Positions 18,890-28,481 of a stretch of 64,000 bases of DNA are shown piece after piece. Both the position numbers and the translations under genes were made by a program. Every line of letters begins with the position of its first letter. Position 1 is the first letter of the stretch. The DNA is taken from positions 1 through 64,000 of the IMG/VR virus record IMGVR_UViG_3300023178_003744. One strand, 5' to 3'. The stretch is from a virus. A model generated the notes under the pieces. The model saw only the letters and a program-made list of their open reading frames with translations. It ran no database searches and was not told the origin of the DNA.

Positions 18890-20088
18890 CCAAATACCTT
18901 CATGTCAGTTAAATGACTAGGTAGTATGTCAAACAACTGCTGTTTTTCAGTAGCTTTAGGCACGCATAGACCACAACCACAGTGCTTTCCAGGACCTAAC
19001 GGGCATTGAATTACTGGCATTGTATTATTTTCTATATTACTTCGTAAATTTTCTAGAATTTTTCTATTTTCAGTAATTGATCCGATTGGGCCTCGAGTAC
19101 CGTCAAATCTTGCTTGGCAAGTTTGATGATGCCAAATAGTATCTGTTTGTTGTTCTATATGCAAAAAGAACCAATTTACACTGCAATGCCAATTTCTAAA
19201 TTTAGCAAACTCTAAAAATTGACTCTTTTTCCATTCGCCGTCATTGCTACAAACTTCCATTGTTCTACTACCACAGCAAGGCCTTCCTAATTCTCTTGCA
19301 AGTTTTTTCTCTTGTGATTTTTCAGTTTGAACTGCACTAGCTTCATGAGATACTTTTGCTTCTTTTGCTACTTTAGACTCATTCAATTTAGCATTTTTAT
19401 TGGCCCAATACTCTTTAAACCAAGAAAGTTGTTCGTCGGTATATCTATGAGCAAAGCTGTTATGACTGTCTTCATGTTCACCGATTAATCTGGGAACAAA
19501 TCCTATGCCGTCTCGATCTAATTGTAAACATAAATCTTTGCATTCTTCAAAATACTCTGCATGGAACATAACATTGGTTTTCAATGGAAATTTCTTTTCA
19601 GTAAGATAATAAATGTTATCTACTACTTGTTTTTTAAGCTTTTGATGAGCTTCGGCGTGATAGCTTATTGTAATAAAACCATAGTTTTCGATTATGCTGT
19701 CAGCCATTTTCCTACTAAAAGCTCCGTTACTTGTAATAGTAAGGTTAAGCATAAATTTTTTCTTATACTTTTCTTTGTAAGTTTCTTTTAGCCATTCTCC
19801 AAACTTTAAAAAGTTTGGATTTACTGTAGGTTCACCTCCAGTAAAATTTAAATTTAAGCGTTTATTAGTTTTGTATCGTGTTAGGAGTTCGCCGTATTCA
19901 AATACAAAATTAGCAGTATCTTGCAGTGTTTCTAAACTTGCATGAGGTGAAAAATTATCATGTCTATGTGCCGGACAATAAGTGCAGTCATAATTACAAC
20001 GACGGCCTACATCCCAAGTCACAGTTAAATTGTGTCCATCTAACAAATTTACTGCTTTAAAATCAGTTTTTTCAATTGTTTCGGTCAT
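18886..20088 (-). CDS. radical SAM enzyme with Cys-rich C-terminal SPASM-like domain
   Basis: CNYDCTYC, TGGEPT; GRPCCG, CSVNW, CQA, CP..CGCGLC. Confidence 0.9.
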   Translation of the reverse strand: MTETIEKTDFKAVNLLDGHNLTVTWDVGRRCNYDCTYCPAHRHDNFSPHASLETLQDTANFVFEYGELLTRYKTNKRLNLNFTGGEPTVNPNFLKFGEWLKETYKEKYKKKFMLNLTITSNGAFSRKMADSIIENYGFITISYHAEAHQKLKKQVVDNIYYLTEKKFPLKTNVMFHAEYFEECKDLCLQLDRDGIGFVPRLIGEHEDSHNSFAHRYTDEQLSWFKEYWANKNAKLNESKVAKEAKVSHEASAVQTEKSQEKKLARELGRPCCGSRTMEVCSNDGEWKKSQFLEFAKFRNWHCSVNWFFLHIEQQTDTIWHHQTCQARFDGTRGPIGSITENRKILENLRSNIENNTMPVIQCPLGPGKHCGCGLCVPKATEKQQLFDILPSHLTDMKVFG

Positions 20089-21398
20089 ATCATATACTTT
20101 TCTAAGTTAGGGCATACTTCTGCTATGCTTTCATTGCGCATAGTGTCTAATTTTTTAGTGTAGCTGCAAAATTCTTGCCAGTGATCATTATAGTAACTTT
20201 CACTATTCATATATTTACATACTCCGTTTACAATTCTATGAGCATGTTCTACAACGTGTTTTTCAAAATTATTTTCTTCAATCCACGTAAGAAAATCATT
20301 AAAACGTTCTGTAAGTCTTGCTTTTTCTTCGTTCGGTAACACTCTTATATTTAAATGCTTTGGGTGATGTGCTACATGATGAGTAATTATAGGTTTACCT
20401 CTAGTACTGTTTATTTTTTTAAAACCACTTTCTGTAAGTTTCCATTTCATAAAATCAATCATATGATCCACAGTATAAGCTGTTACAGTAAACGCTAGCC
20501 AACTTCTAACATTTCCTGCCATATTGTCTAATGTTTGTAAATTTTTTAAAGTTTTGAGCCATTTTGCTGGATGCCGTTGGTATTCAAAAACTTTATCCAT
20601 TCCATCTATACTTGCACCTATCTTAACTGATTTAAACCATTCCCATAACTTTTTAACTCGTGATGGTAATGTACTCATATTTGTGTTGTACTCTACAGAA
20701 ATATTTTTAGCGTAATCATTTTGTACACAGTATTCTAAGAAATCATAATGGCGCTCAATTAGCATAGGTTCGCCGCCTGCAAAATATACATGCTCTATAG
20801 TATTTGCATTTTTTTCTAATTGTTGCCAAAAAGGTTCATAATTAGGCCAGTCAAATTCTTTCGCATGCAACCCTTTACTGGTATTTTCAATTGTAATATT
20901 TCCGCTACTATCTTTAAAAGTATTTGATCCAGTTAATTTTATCCAATCTTCATACCAAGCACTACTATCAGTAGGTCCACACATTCTACATTTTAAATTA
21001 CAAAAATTACCAAATCGTATATCATAATGGCGTACTGGCACTAACTCTGTGTTTATATTACCGTCTTGATCAGTATCAGCTTTAGCCTGCTCTAGTGTAT
21101 AGTCCCATTGTTTTAGTTCTTCTGTACGCCTGCTATGTAAGCCGTTGGATTCTTCTGTTAAACACCGGCCGCACTCTTGACTCCATTGATTATTAAGCAT
21201 ATTAATGCGCATAGCACGCATTAACTTAGAATTTCTACTATCGTCTAAGCTATCAAATCCAGCATTGTAAGCTGACCCATCTTGTTTACGCAAAACACCT
21301 TTATTAGGTGTTACGTTAGCTTGACAGCAAACTCTTACATCGCCATTAGCTCGTACTGCTTGAAAAATCCAAGGTATAGGGCAAAAAGTGTTTGACAT
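20085..21398 (-). CDS. radical SAM enzyme with N-terminal twitch domain
   Basis: CPIPW..GDVRVCC..CGRC; CNLKCRMC; AGGEPML; YNTN. Confidence 0.9.
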   Translation of the reverse strand: MSNTFCPIPWIFQAVRANGDVRVCCQANVTPNKGVLRKQDGSAYNAGFDSLDDSRNSKLMRAMRINMLNNQWSQECGRCLTEESNGLHSRRTEELKQWDYTLEQAKADTDQDGNINTELVPVRHYDIRFGNFCNLKCRMCGPTDSSAWYEDWIKLTGSNTFKDSSGNITIENTSKGLHAKEFDWPNYEPFWQQLEKNANTIEHVYFAGGEPMLIERHYDFLEYCVQNDYAKNISVEYNTNMSTLPSRVKKLWEWFKSVKIGASIDGMDKVFEYQRHPAKWLKTLKNLQTLDNMAGNVRSWLAFTVTAYTVDHMIDFMKWKLTESGFKKINSTRGKPIITHHVAHHPKHLNIRVLPNEEKARLTERFNDFLTWIEENNFEKHVVEHAHRIVNGVCKYMNSESYYNDHWQEFCSYTKKLDTMRNESIAEVCPNLEKYMI

Positions 21399-22258
21399 TA
21401 TTTTATCTTTAACTTCTTCTTTGCAGAGTCAATTGCCCATTTGCGTTCTGCACACCAATAACAACAGCCTTTTTCTAAATCATCTGTCAAATCTAAACAT
21501 TCTATTAAAGGACTTTTACCGTGTTTATACGTAGTATAATCTTCAAACTGAGATAGTAATAATTTATCACCTTCGCAGCTTCTTGTAGTAGCAAGTAAAT
21601 CTTCCCATCCATTTTTATAATACTGTCCTATTACAAAATCTTTAGAAAGTAATCTCCACGGCAAAACCGTACGCTTGTCATTGTTAAGATGCCATTGCGG
21701 ACAGTCAAGTTCCCTCATAACTTTTTTCCAAGTCCACTTTCTGTCCCAAGGTTCACCCCTATGCTTAAACTTTTCATCTATAGGATTATTTGTTATAAAT
21801 CCATAAACTGCATCTATATCATACCTGTGCTGCACGTAGCTATTAAAACTGTTTGTGCAAATTCTATCACCAGATTTGTCTAGCTGCGCTATTTTTCCTA
21901 TTGCACCGTCTTCGAGTTCAGGCGGAATAAAGTTTTCTAATCTTGTCATTTTAATATTAGGAAACATCGACTGTAATTTTTCAAAAACTTCTACACTAAT
22001 AGGTGCTGCCCAGGGCCTATTATTCCATACTCTTACATTAGAAATAACAATTAATTCTGCATTAGACTTGGTTTTTTCAATAAAAGAACATAAAGTAGCT
22101 GTACCACAAGCACTATCCGCACCTCCGCTCACATTTACTGCTATTTTTTTCCATGTAGGATCAAATGGAAACACCGTATTATCTAAGGGCTGTAAAATGT
22201 TTTTAGGTACTTTCCAGTAATTATAACTTTTATTATTCAATTCTACATTAAATTTCAT
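21398..22258 (-). CDS. QueC-like PP-loop ATPase
   Basis: VNVSGGADS; TRSCE...CCYWCAERKW. Confidence 0.7.
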   Translation of the reverse strand: MKFNVELNNKSYNYWKVPKNILQPLDNTVFPFDPTWKKIAVNVSGGADSACGTATLCSFIEKTKSNAELIVISNVRVWNNRPWAAPISVEVFEKLQSMFPNIKMTRLENFIPPELEDGAIGKIAQLDKSGDRICTNSFNSYVQHRYDIDAVYGFITNNPIDEKFKHRGEPWDRKWTWKKVMRELDCPQWHLNNDKRTVLPWRLLSKDFVIGQYYKNGWEDLLATTRSCEGDKLLLSQFEDYTTYKHGKSPLIECLDLTDDLEKGCCYWCAERKWAIDSAKKKLKIK

Positions 22259-23645
22259 TAAATATATCTTTCATATCAGGAAATACATCTTGCCAACTGG
22301 TGCTTCTTTGTTTATCGCAAAGTTCTAGAAATTCTTTCATTTCAGGCAATCGAATACTCCAATCTTCTGATTCCATAAATTGTAACATACCTTCTAAACG
22401 TTGTATACCATAATTTGCTGTTCGCCAATCTTCGTACGTTACTTTTCCTTTATGCCAACTTGGAATGCCTTTTTCCCAATTAGCTTCCCACCAAGGATAA
22501 AACTCTTCGTATTTTTTTCTGCATTTTTCCTTAAACTCGTTAGGCAAAATTTTAACATTTAAATGCGGCGGATGGTATACAAAATGATAATTTACACCAC
22601 CTGCTCCAAACGGCCACATATTTATTTTGTTAAAGTTTTGCTCTAGTTTCCACTTTATTAAGTCAGGAATATAATATATGTTTAACGCTTGAACTGCACA
22701 AGCTACAGTAATTTCTACATTGTTTGATGTTTCTTTGTCAAGAATATGAAATACTTCTTTTTGCCTTTTCCACTTACTTGGATAGCGTATGTAATCATTC
22801 ATTTCTTCTATACTATCTATACTGTAATGGAAACGCACTAATTTAAAATGTTTCCATAAATCAAATAAGTCATCTCGCCATTCTACACCATTTGAATTAT
22901 ATCTTATTTCTAGGTCTTTAGCATAACCCATTTCAATACATTTTTCTAATATTTCGTAGTGCTCTTCGATAATAAGGCTTTCGCCGCCTGCAAAATAAAT
23001 TTGTTGCATGTTAGGAATTTGTTCATAAAATTGCTCCCAAAATACAGGATTTTGCTTATGCCAATTGTAACTACTACCGTTGTAACTGCCTTTGTCTTTC
23101 CATTGCATTGTTGTTTTTAAACTGGCATTTTCTACTGCTGGAAAAATAGCTTTGTAATCTTTTATCCAACCCGAACTATCGTGCGGAGAGCACATTACGC
23201 ATGCTAGTTGGCATTTAGTGCCAAACCGCAAATCAATATAAGCTAATTGCGGAGGTACACTTCCGTCATCGTTTGTGTTTTCTATTAATTTACCAACACT
23301 TACTCTTTTGCTCCAGTACTCTGTTTCCCATTGGCGTTTACTACGATGACCGGCTGCTTCTTCTTTATAACATTTTAAACAACTAGGAGGCTTTTCACCA
23401 TTCATCATTTGTCTTCTGACATTTTTCATATAAGTGCTATTCCAACTACTTAAAAAATCACTTACATTTAAATTATTAGGCTTACCGTCATCTGTTTTTA
23501 AAATTCCTACCATACCACCGTGTTCACGATCGTTGGTAGCTCCTACACTAGATGCATTTGCTGTACAACATACTCGCATACTTCCGTCTGGCCTAGTGCT
23601 CAAATGAACCCAGGGTAAAATACAAAATGTATCACTTACTGTCAT
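22248..23645 (-). CDS. radical SAM enzyme with N-terminal twitch domain
   Basis: CILPW..DGSMRVCC..CLKC; CQLACVMC; AGGESL. Confidence 0.9.
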   Translation of the reverse strand: MTVSDTFCILPWVHLSTRPDGSMRVCCTANASSVGATNDREHGGMVGILKTDDGKPNNLNVSDFLSSWNSTYMKNVRRQMMNGEKPPSCLKCYKEEAAGHRSKRQWETEYWSKRVSVGKLIENTNDDGSVPPQLAYIDLRFGTKCQLACVMCSPHDSSGWIKDYKAIFPAVENASLKTTMQWKDKGSYNGSSYNWHKQNPVFWEQFYEQIPNMQQIYFAGGESLIIEEHYEILEKCIEMGYAKDLEIRYNSNGVEWRDDLFDLWKHFKLVRFHYSIDSIEEMNDYIRYPSKWKRQKEVFHILDKETSNNVEITVACAVQALNIYYIPDLIKWKLEQNFNKINMWPFGAGGVNYHFVYHPPHLNVKILPNEFKEKCRKKYEEFYPWWEANWEKGIPSWHKGKVTYEDWRTANYGIQRLEGMLQFMESEDWSIRLPEMKEFLELCDKQRSTSWQDVFPDMKDIFNEI

Positions 23646-25057
23646 TTATTATCATCCGTAAAAATATATTCGTAAAACTTTGGGAATATGTCTAAAATTG
23701 ATTGCCCGCGATGCGCATCGAGTTGTTCTGTGTATTTTTCACATTCTATTCTTTGCTCTGCTTTATGTCCATGCTGATCTTCTGTAAGATTGCTAGGCAG
23801 CGCATTAAAAACCATTTCAGTTTTTTCTTCATTTGGGATAAGCACATCAGCATGCTTTCCGATTTTTACAATATCTTTGTTAATTCTATCAATCTTATAC
23901 CAAGTTACTTTAACGTTTTCGGGTTCATTATCTATATTATCCATTAGATTTTTATAATATTGTTTCCATTTAGTATACTCTTCAAACCAAGCTTTTTTGC
24001 CTTGATTATTTAAAATTTTAATACTTAACCTACTAGGATCATATAAAAAATCAAACGATAAATTAAAATTATAACGTATTCGTTGATTGACTCTAAATTG
24101 TTCGATATACCATTTTGCCATATCAAACACATCAAAAACATTATATATTTGTACAACATAAGAAATATTTATTGTAACTTGTTTTCCGTCTTGCTCTAGT
24201 AACTTTGCTAAATTAGTAGATAACACTTCCCATTTACTAGGGTATCTTATATATTCATTTACTTTTTCTGTGCCGTCGATGCTTAAATTAAAAATAACTC
24301 TTTCGAATTTGTTTATTACTGCTAACAATCTAGGCTGTAAATTTGTTAAATTAGTAGTCATCTTTAATGTTATTTGTTTAGCATAATCTTTTTCTACTAG
24401 ATTGTCAAGTAAGTCATACATCTCATCGTGTAATGTAGGTTCACCGCCGACAAAAGTTATTTCTTTTACTTCAAATATATTATCTTCTAAACTTTTCCAA
24501 AAAACAGATATGTCATCTATTTTATCAAAAGTTAGATCTTTATACCAAGTGGGTTGATTGGTATCTTGAAATTGTTGCTGTTCTTTAACAATTTGACTGC
24601 TAAACTGGGGCCAGCACATTCTGCATTTTAAGTTGCATAAATTATTTAATCTAATATCAAAATATGAAATCTGAGGATTTGTAACTATTTCGTCAAACGA
24701 CCTAGTTAAAGCATCTTGCCATTTTACATTCTCTTTCATTCGTTTACTAGGTAAAAATTGTTTTGGTCCTACTTCAGTCCAATCTTTATCAAAATCAACT
24801 TCCTCTTTCCAACAAATTTCACACTCTGGCAATCTTTCATCATTTAAGATTTTCTGCCTAGCTTCGTTCATGTAATCGCTATTCCAAATTTCAGTAACTG
24901 AATCCTTTGCAATATTAAATTTTTCATTATTATTTTTCACTGCTACTTTTTTTCGATTAACTTTGCAGCATAATCTTACGTTACCTTCAGTAGTCGTTGC
25001 TAAATGGATGAAAGGTAGTATACAAAAATTTTTTAAGTCAGAAACTTTGTTACTCAT
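23642..25057 (-). CDS. radical SAM enzyme with N-terminal twitch domain
   Basis: CILPF..GNVRLCC..CEIC; CNLKCRMC; VGGEPT. Confidence 0.9.
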   Translation of the reverse strand: MSNKVSDLKNFCILPFIHLATTTEGNVRLCCKVNRKKVAVKNNNEKFNIAKDSVTEIWNSDYMNEARQKILNDERLPECEICWKEEVDFDKDWTEVGPKQFLPSKRMKENVKWQDALTRSFDEIVTNPQISYFDIRLNNLCNLKCRMCWPQFSSQIVKEQQQFQDTNQPTWYKDLTFDKIDDISVFWKSLEDNIFEVKEITFVGGEPTLHDEMYDLLDNLVEKDYAKQITLKMTTNLTNLQPRLLAVINKFERVIFNLSIDGTEKVNEYIRYPSKWEVLSTNLAKLLEQDGKQVTINISYVVQIYNVFDVFDMAKWYIEQFRVNQRIRYNFNLSFDFLYDPSRLSIKILNNQGKKAWFEEYTKWKQYYKNLMDNIDNEPENVKVTWYKIDRINKDIVKIGKHADVLIPNEEKTEMVFNALPSNLTEDQHGHKAEQRIECEKYTEQLDAHRGQSILDIFPKFYEYIFTDDNK

Positions 25058-25062
25058 AAAGA

Positions 25063-25092
25063 TATTTATAACTGCATTAAATAAGGTAAATA
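25063..25092. promoter_or_regulatory. divergent late-like promoters
   Basis: TATAAATA on the minus strand (25063-25070), 5 nt from ATG 25057; TAAATA on the plus strand (25087-25092), 4 nt from ATG 25097. Confidence 0.7.
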
Positions 25093-25096
25093 TTTC

Positions 25097-26356
25097 ATGA
25101 ACGATTCTACATTTTGTCCTTTTCCTTTTGAATCATTAGCTCTTAAAAGTTGGCTAAACGGCCAAATTCATAAAGTTTATCCGTGTTGTAATATGAAACA
25201 CGATCGTCCCATAACTGAAGTAAATAAAGAAACAGATCTGCAAAAAGTTTTTGACAGTCAGACCTTTCAAAATCTACGTAAAGACTTAATGAACGGAAAG
25301 AAAAATTCTCTATGTAATTATTGCTGGAACTTAGAGAAGCAAACTGGCCAAAGTCCAAGAACAATAGCATGTGAATCAAATAATACAACTTACAAAAAGA
25401 CAAAAAAACTAAAAATTAAAAAATTAGATATTCTTACTGATGAAGCATGCAATTTACGATGTCGAATGTGTACTCCGTCGTCGTCAAACAGTTTAAGAAT
25501 AGATGTAAATAATCTCATAAGCAATGACAAACCATTAGTTAGCAATTGGCCAAAGCATTCTGTAAGTTATGCAAAATTAGATCCAAAAGGCACCAGTGCT
25601 TTTTTTAATATGGGCCAAAAATATATAGATGAAATAGTACAAATTTCTGATACTTTAGAAGAAATAAAATTTACAGGCGGCGAGCCGACAATAAGTTCTA
25701 CTTTTTGGCAAATAATAGATAATATTCAAAATCCTAATATCAAAATTCATCTTACAACAAATGGTACAAAATTTAATCAGAGATTATTGAAAACTTTAGA
25801 TAAATTTACTAATAAACATTTTACAATAAGTGTAGATGGCACAGATTCAACCTATGAGTACATACGTCATCCGTTTTTGTGGAGTAAACTCACTGAAAAT
25901 ATAAATCGTTTAATATCTCATAACCAAAATCACAATACTGAAATACATTTTTGCAGTGTACTAACTTCTTACAACATATTAAACATACACTATCTTGTAA
26001 CCTACATAGAAAAACTATCAACTACTTGCTCGAATAACATAAAATGGAAATGCATTCCTAATCCTCATCCTAAAGATAGCGTGTTTGATGTTAAATATCT
26101 TCCTACTCATATTTTAAAAAAAGCATTAAACTATTTTGAGATTTTAGAACAAGACTGTACTAAAACATCAATACATGCTGTGAGAAAAATTAAAAATTAT
26201 TTGCAGTTTAACATAGAAAATCCAATTGACATTGATACAAAAACAAAAAAATTAACAATGTTAAAACAAGATATAGATTTATTAGATTTCTCTCGAAAAC
26301 AGTCGTATAAAGACTTTCTTCATGACGACTTAATAGACATTATAGAAGATATTTAA
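25097..26356 (+). CDS. radical SAM enzyme with N-terminal twitch domain
   Basis: CPFPF..YPCC..CNYC; CNLRCRMC; TGGEPT. Confidence 0.9.
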   Translation: MNDSTFCPFPFESLALKSWLNGQIHKVYPCCNMKHDRPITEVNKETDLQKVFDSQTFQNLRKDLMNGKKNSLCNYCWNLEKQTGQSPRTIACESNNTTYKKTKKLKIKKLDILTDEACNLRCRMCTPSSSNSLRIDVNNLISNDKPLVSNWPKHSVSYAKLDPKGTSAFFNMGQKYIDEIVQISDTLEEIKFTGGEPTISSTFWQIIDNIQNPNIKIHLTTNGTKFNQRLLKTLDKFTNKHFTISVDGTDSTYEYIRHPFLWSKLTENINRLISHNQNHNTEIHFCSVLTSYNILNIHYLVTYIEKLSTTCSNNIKWKCIPNPHPKDSVFDVKYLPTHILKKALNYFEILEQDCTKTSIHAVRKIKNYLQFNIENPIDIDTKTKKLTMLKQDIDLLDFSRKQSYKDFLHDDLIDIIEDI

Positions 26357-27446
26357 ATTCAGGTATAGTTTTTATATAATCTATGTTTCTTATTTTAGAT
26401 ATGTCATGTAGATGATCTACTAGTACTGCATGGTAATCTTGTTTATAAGAAGAATTTGTAACAATAGTTTGTAATTCACTAATTTTTTTCCGTATATTAG
26501 GAAAATTTTTCTCTGATGTTTTCAACATATCAGTAACAAACTGCTTTGCCGAGTCTGGCATTGCGTCGATACTAAAATGCTTAGGATTAATGCAATTTAA
26601 AAAATCTATTTTTGTTTTTGGCCTGTCTTTTACAAACTTAGAAATAAAATGCAACCATTGGTCTGCTACTAAAATGTTATAAGGTTGTATGACAAAATTT
26701 AGATTTATATTAATCTCTTTCATTGTACAAAGTTGATCAACGTTATGTTTTACTGTATTCCAATTTGCTGGAAATCTTATGAGGTTGTACACCTCATCAA
26801 CAGCATCAATACTTAATATAACTGTTAAACTTTTAAACTTACTTTTGTATTTGTCAAAAAAGTTTTTTATTCTAGTTGCATTTGTAGTAATTATTAACTC
26901 AACTTTTGATGCATCATATTTTTTTATAAATTTATCTAAGAATGCAATACAATACGGATCAATGGTTGGTTCTCCGCCAGCAAGTTTTAAAAATTTCAAA
27001 TTACTAAAATCAATATCAATGTTAATATCCAAATTATTACCAGCAGCTACTTGCCTAAAATATTTAGACATGTGTGTATTTTTTTTTACAAAACTTTGTA
27101 TTTGAGAACTGTCTGCTTGTGAACACATGTTGCATTGTAAATTACAATAATTGCTTGTTCTTATATCTGCCCAAATTGGTTTATGCTTTTTGTAATCAAT
27201 GGACGATTGATGCTCTTTGTCTAGTTGAGAAAACCAATTCCGTAAAGACATTTCACTTGTATAAGTTTCTTTATTCCAACAAACTCTGCACTCTTTTTGT
27301 TTTTTTCTGTTAACGTAATTAGCAACCTTTTTATAATTATAATCATCTAGATTATAATCATCATCATAATTGCAACAAGGAGCAATTGTATTTTTGTCAG
27401 TTTTATAAAAAAGACCTATATAAGGTGCTGCACACTTATTTGTCAT
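26340..27446 (-). CDS. radical SAM enzyme with short N-terminal twitch domain
   Basis: CAAPY..APCC..CRVC; CNLQCNMC; AGGEPT. Confidence 0.88.
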   Translation of the reverse strand: MTNKCAAPYIGLFYKTDKNTIAPCCNYDDDYNLDDYNYKKVANYVNRKKQKECRVCWNKETYTSEMSLRNWFSQLDKEHQSSIDYKKHKPIWADIRTSNYCNLQCNMCSQADSSQIQSFVKKNTHMSKYFRQVAAGNNLDINIDIDFSNLKFLKLAGGEPTIDPYCIAFLDKFIKKYDASKVELIITTNATRIKNFFDKYKSKFKSLTVILSIDAVDEVYNLIRFPANWNTVKHNVDQLCTMKEININLNFVIQPYNILVADQWLHFISKFVKDRPKTKIDFLNCINPKHFSIDAMPDSAKQFVTDMLKTSEKNFPNIRKKISELQTIVTNSSYKQDYHAVLVDHLHDISKIRNIDYIKTIPEFKYLL

Positions 27447-28455
27447 GGAATTTTATTTCATTTTGGTACGCACCCTTTTTAGCACATGTTCTAATGCATC
27501 TACTTATATGAAGATTATGTTTAGGGTCCCAACTGTCTTGCAAAACTTTTTGATAGTATTCTGTACTTAGAATTTCATCTAGGGAATGAAACTGTAAATT
27601 GTTCCAATCCGTAGGAAAGGTTTTATATTTGTCTAATATTTGTTCTTTATTTTTGAATGCACTATCCCATAGAAAACAACACGGCCAAACAGTACTATTA
27701 GCTGCGATGAAAATTTCTTTTCCATGATAAAATTTGCAATCAATACTTGATAATATTTCTTTTGTTTGCTGTTCTGATTTATTTTCATTTGTAATAAATT
27801 TATCAAGCTCGGCTACTACTGCTTTTTTGCTGTGCTCTTTTGCTCCACTAGTTGTTATTACTACATCGGTTTTATCGTTTTTCTTACCGATTTTTGATAC
27901 CCAATCATGATAACTATTCCTCATACCAGTACGGGTTGCAAAATCAAATCCGTATTCTCTTGCTAATTTTTTAGCTTCATCAACTTCGTGTTCATTATGA
28001 TCAAAAACAATGTATATCCACGTTCCTTGGCCGCCTGCGTCACTATACGCTTTCATGTTCCGTTTGATTATATCAAAATTTGTATTAACTCTATATATAT
28101 AATTACTATGCGTACCGTCTACACAAAAATTTACCTTAATATTTAACTTACCTAGTTCGTTCCACCACGAAGCACTGTTACGTCCTCCGTTAGTACTATA
28201 TTGTATAAATGCACCTTTTTCTACTAGATATTGTGTTATTTCTAAACATTCAGGATTTACAATAGGATCTCCTAGAACTCCACAAAACTTGAATTTTATT
28301 CCTTTTGGGTCTGGGAACCAATTTTTAATTTGTTGTAGTGTTAAGTTCTGTGGTTTTAAAATATCTAAATTTTGAGTCCGAGCACATCCCGGACATGCTG
28401 CGTTACAGTCACTGGAAATTTCTAATTCTACTCGTTGTATATTTTTTATTTGCAT
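27436..28455 (-). CDS. radical SAM enzyme with C-terminal twitch domain
   Basis: CNAACPGC, CGVLGDP, STNG; C-terminal C..WPCC..CIRTC. Confidence 0.9.
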   Translation of the reverse strand: MQIKNIQRVELEISSDCNAACPGCARTQNLDILKPQNLTLQQIKNWFPDPKGIKFKFCGVLGDPIVNPECLEITQYLVEKGAFIQYSTNGGRNSASWWNELGKLNIKVNFCVDGTHSNYIYRVNTNFDIIKRNMKAYSDAGGQGTWIYIVFDHNEHEVDEAKKLAREYGFDFATRTGMRNSYHDWVSKIGKKNDKTDVVITTSGAKEHSKKAVVAELDKFITNENKSEQQTKEILSSIDCKFYHGKEIFIAANSTVWPCCFLWDSAFKNKEQILDKYKTFPTDWNNLQFHSLDEILSTEYYQKVLQDSWDPKHNLHISRCIRTCAKKGAYQNEIKFHDK

Positions 28456-28467
28456 TAATCGCTTCCA

Positions 28468-28481
28468 ATAAATATATTTAT
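28468..28481. promoter_or_regulatory. palindromic divergent late-like promoter ATAAATATATTTAT
   Basis: Identical to 18263-18276; the plus-strand box is 5 nt from ATG 28480. Confidence 0.65.
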
